Shown: positions 23,881-24,000 of the stretch, one piece after another
Layout of the letters: each line of letters starts with the position of its first letter
How positions within the stretch are numbered: position 1 is the stretch's first letter
Source of the DNA: Nocardioides sp. NBC_00368
GTDB taxonomy: Bacteria > Actinomycetota > Actinomycetes > Propionibacteriales > Nocardioidaceae
DNA: 24,000 nucleotides
Direction: 5' to 3'
Assembly: GCF_036090055.1 (NCBI RefSeq)
Contig: NZ_CP107970.1
Span: 2,922,635-2,946,634, forward strand
Translations under genes and position numbers: made by a program
The notes under the pieces: generated by a model
The model's database searches: none
Told to the model about the DNA's origin: nothing
Seen by the model: the letters and a program-made list of their open reading frames with translations, nothing else

Positions 23881-24000
23881 TCACCGCATCCCGAACAGGA
23901 ACCGGGTCACCGGCGTACGTCTGACGAGGAGGTCGTAGAGGCCGACCGTGAGCAGCAGCGAGACGGCGACGATGACCACGTACTGAAGGAGCGCCGGAAG
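23881..24000 (-). CDS. 3' end of a membrane protein gene continuing beyond the window (possibly an acyltransferase-3-like C-terminus)
   Basis: My own translation is ...LPALLQYVVIVAVSLLLTVGLYDLLVRRTPVTRFLFGMR*. It shows high GC3 and a hydrophobic helix followed by a basic tail. Only 39 codons are visible. Confidence 0.35.
   Translation of the reverse strand, partial: LPALLQYVVIVAVSLLLTVGLYDLLVRRTPVTRFLFGMR

Noticed and set aside
1-24000. CRISPR arrays, tRNA/rRNA genes, and transposase, integrase or IS termini
   Set aside because: I saw no direct-repeat/spacer periodicity, no cloverleaf-like or rRNA-like low-GC conserved segments, and no transposase- or integrase-like ORF on either strand.

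Overview
This is a high-GC (about 70%) actinobacterial chromosomal window with no rRNA, tRNA, CRISPR or obvious mobile element. Its centrepiece is a minus-strand cluster of about 8.6 kb and 11 genes (4789-13378), built around a copper membrane monooxygenase (CuMMO; PmoC/PmoA/PmoB = AmoCAB/HmoCAB/BmoCAB family) in canonical C-A-B order. All known copper-ligand motifs of PmoB and PmoC are present.

Upstream of the CuMMO genes, in the same transcription unit, sit an amidohydrolase, a DUF59-type protein and a Zn alcohol dehydrogenase. I know this trio from actinobacterial soluble di-iron monooxygenase (prm/mim) clusters, but no GroEL-like gene accompanies it here.

Downstream of pmoB, after a perfect 14-bp-stem hairpin, come five translationally coupled genes of unknown function:
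- a 101-aa single-pass protein with a Met/His-rich N-terminus
- a 198-aa polytopic membrane protein
- a 150-aa cupredoxin-like lipoprotein
- a 435-aa polytopic membrane protein
- a 48-aa single-pass ORF that is missing from the supplied ORF track

I read these five as candidate copper-delivery or assembly factors, or extra subunits. They are the least-described part of the window.

A GAF/AAA+/Fis-HTH regulator of the AcoR/MimR type, with an eroded sigma-54-contact region, lies convergent to the cluster. Beside it is a divergent IclR regulator.

The flanks carry ordinary housekeeping or accessory genes: a GlcD-like FAD oxidase, an SDR, an MFS transporter, an AraC regulator, alpha/beta hydrolases, an S33 peptidase, a HAD-IIA phosphatase, a GlxA-type regulator and a 1-Cys OhrR. 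Many long ORFs in the track are antisense or alternate-frame artefacts of the GC content.
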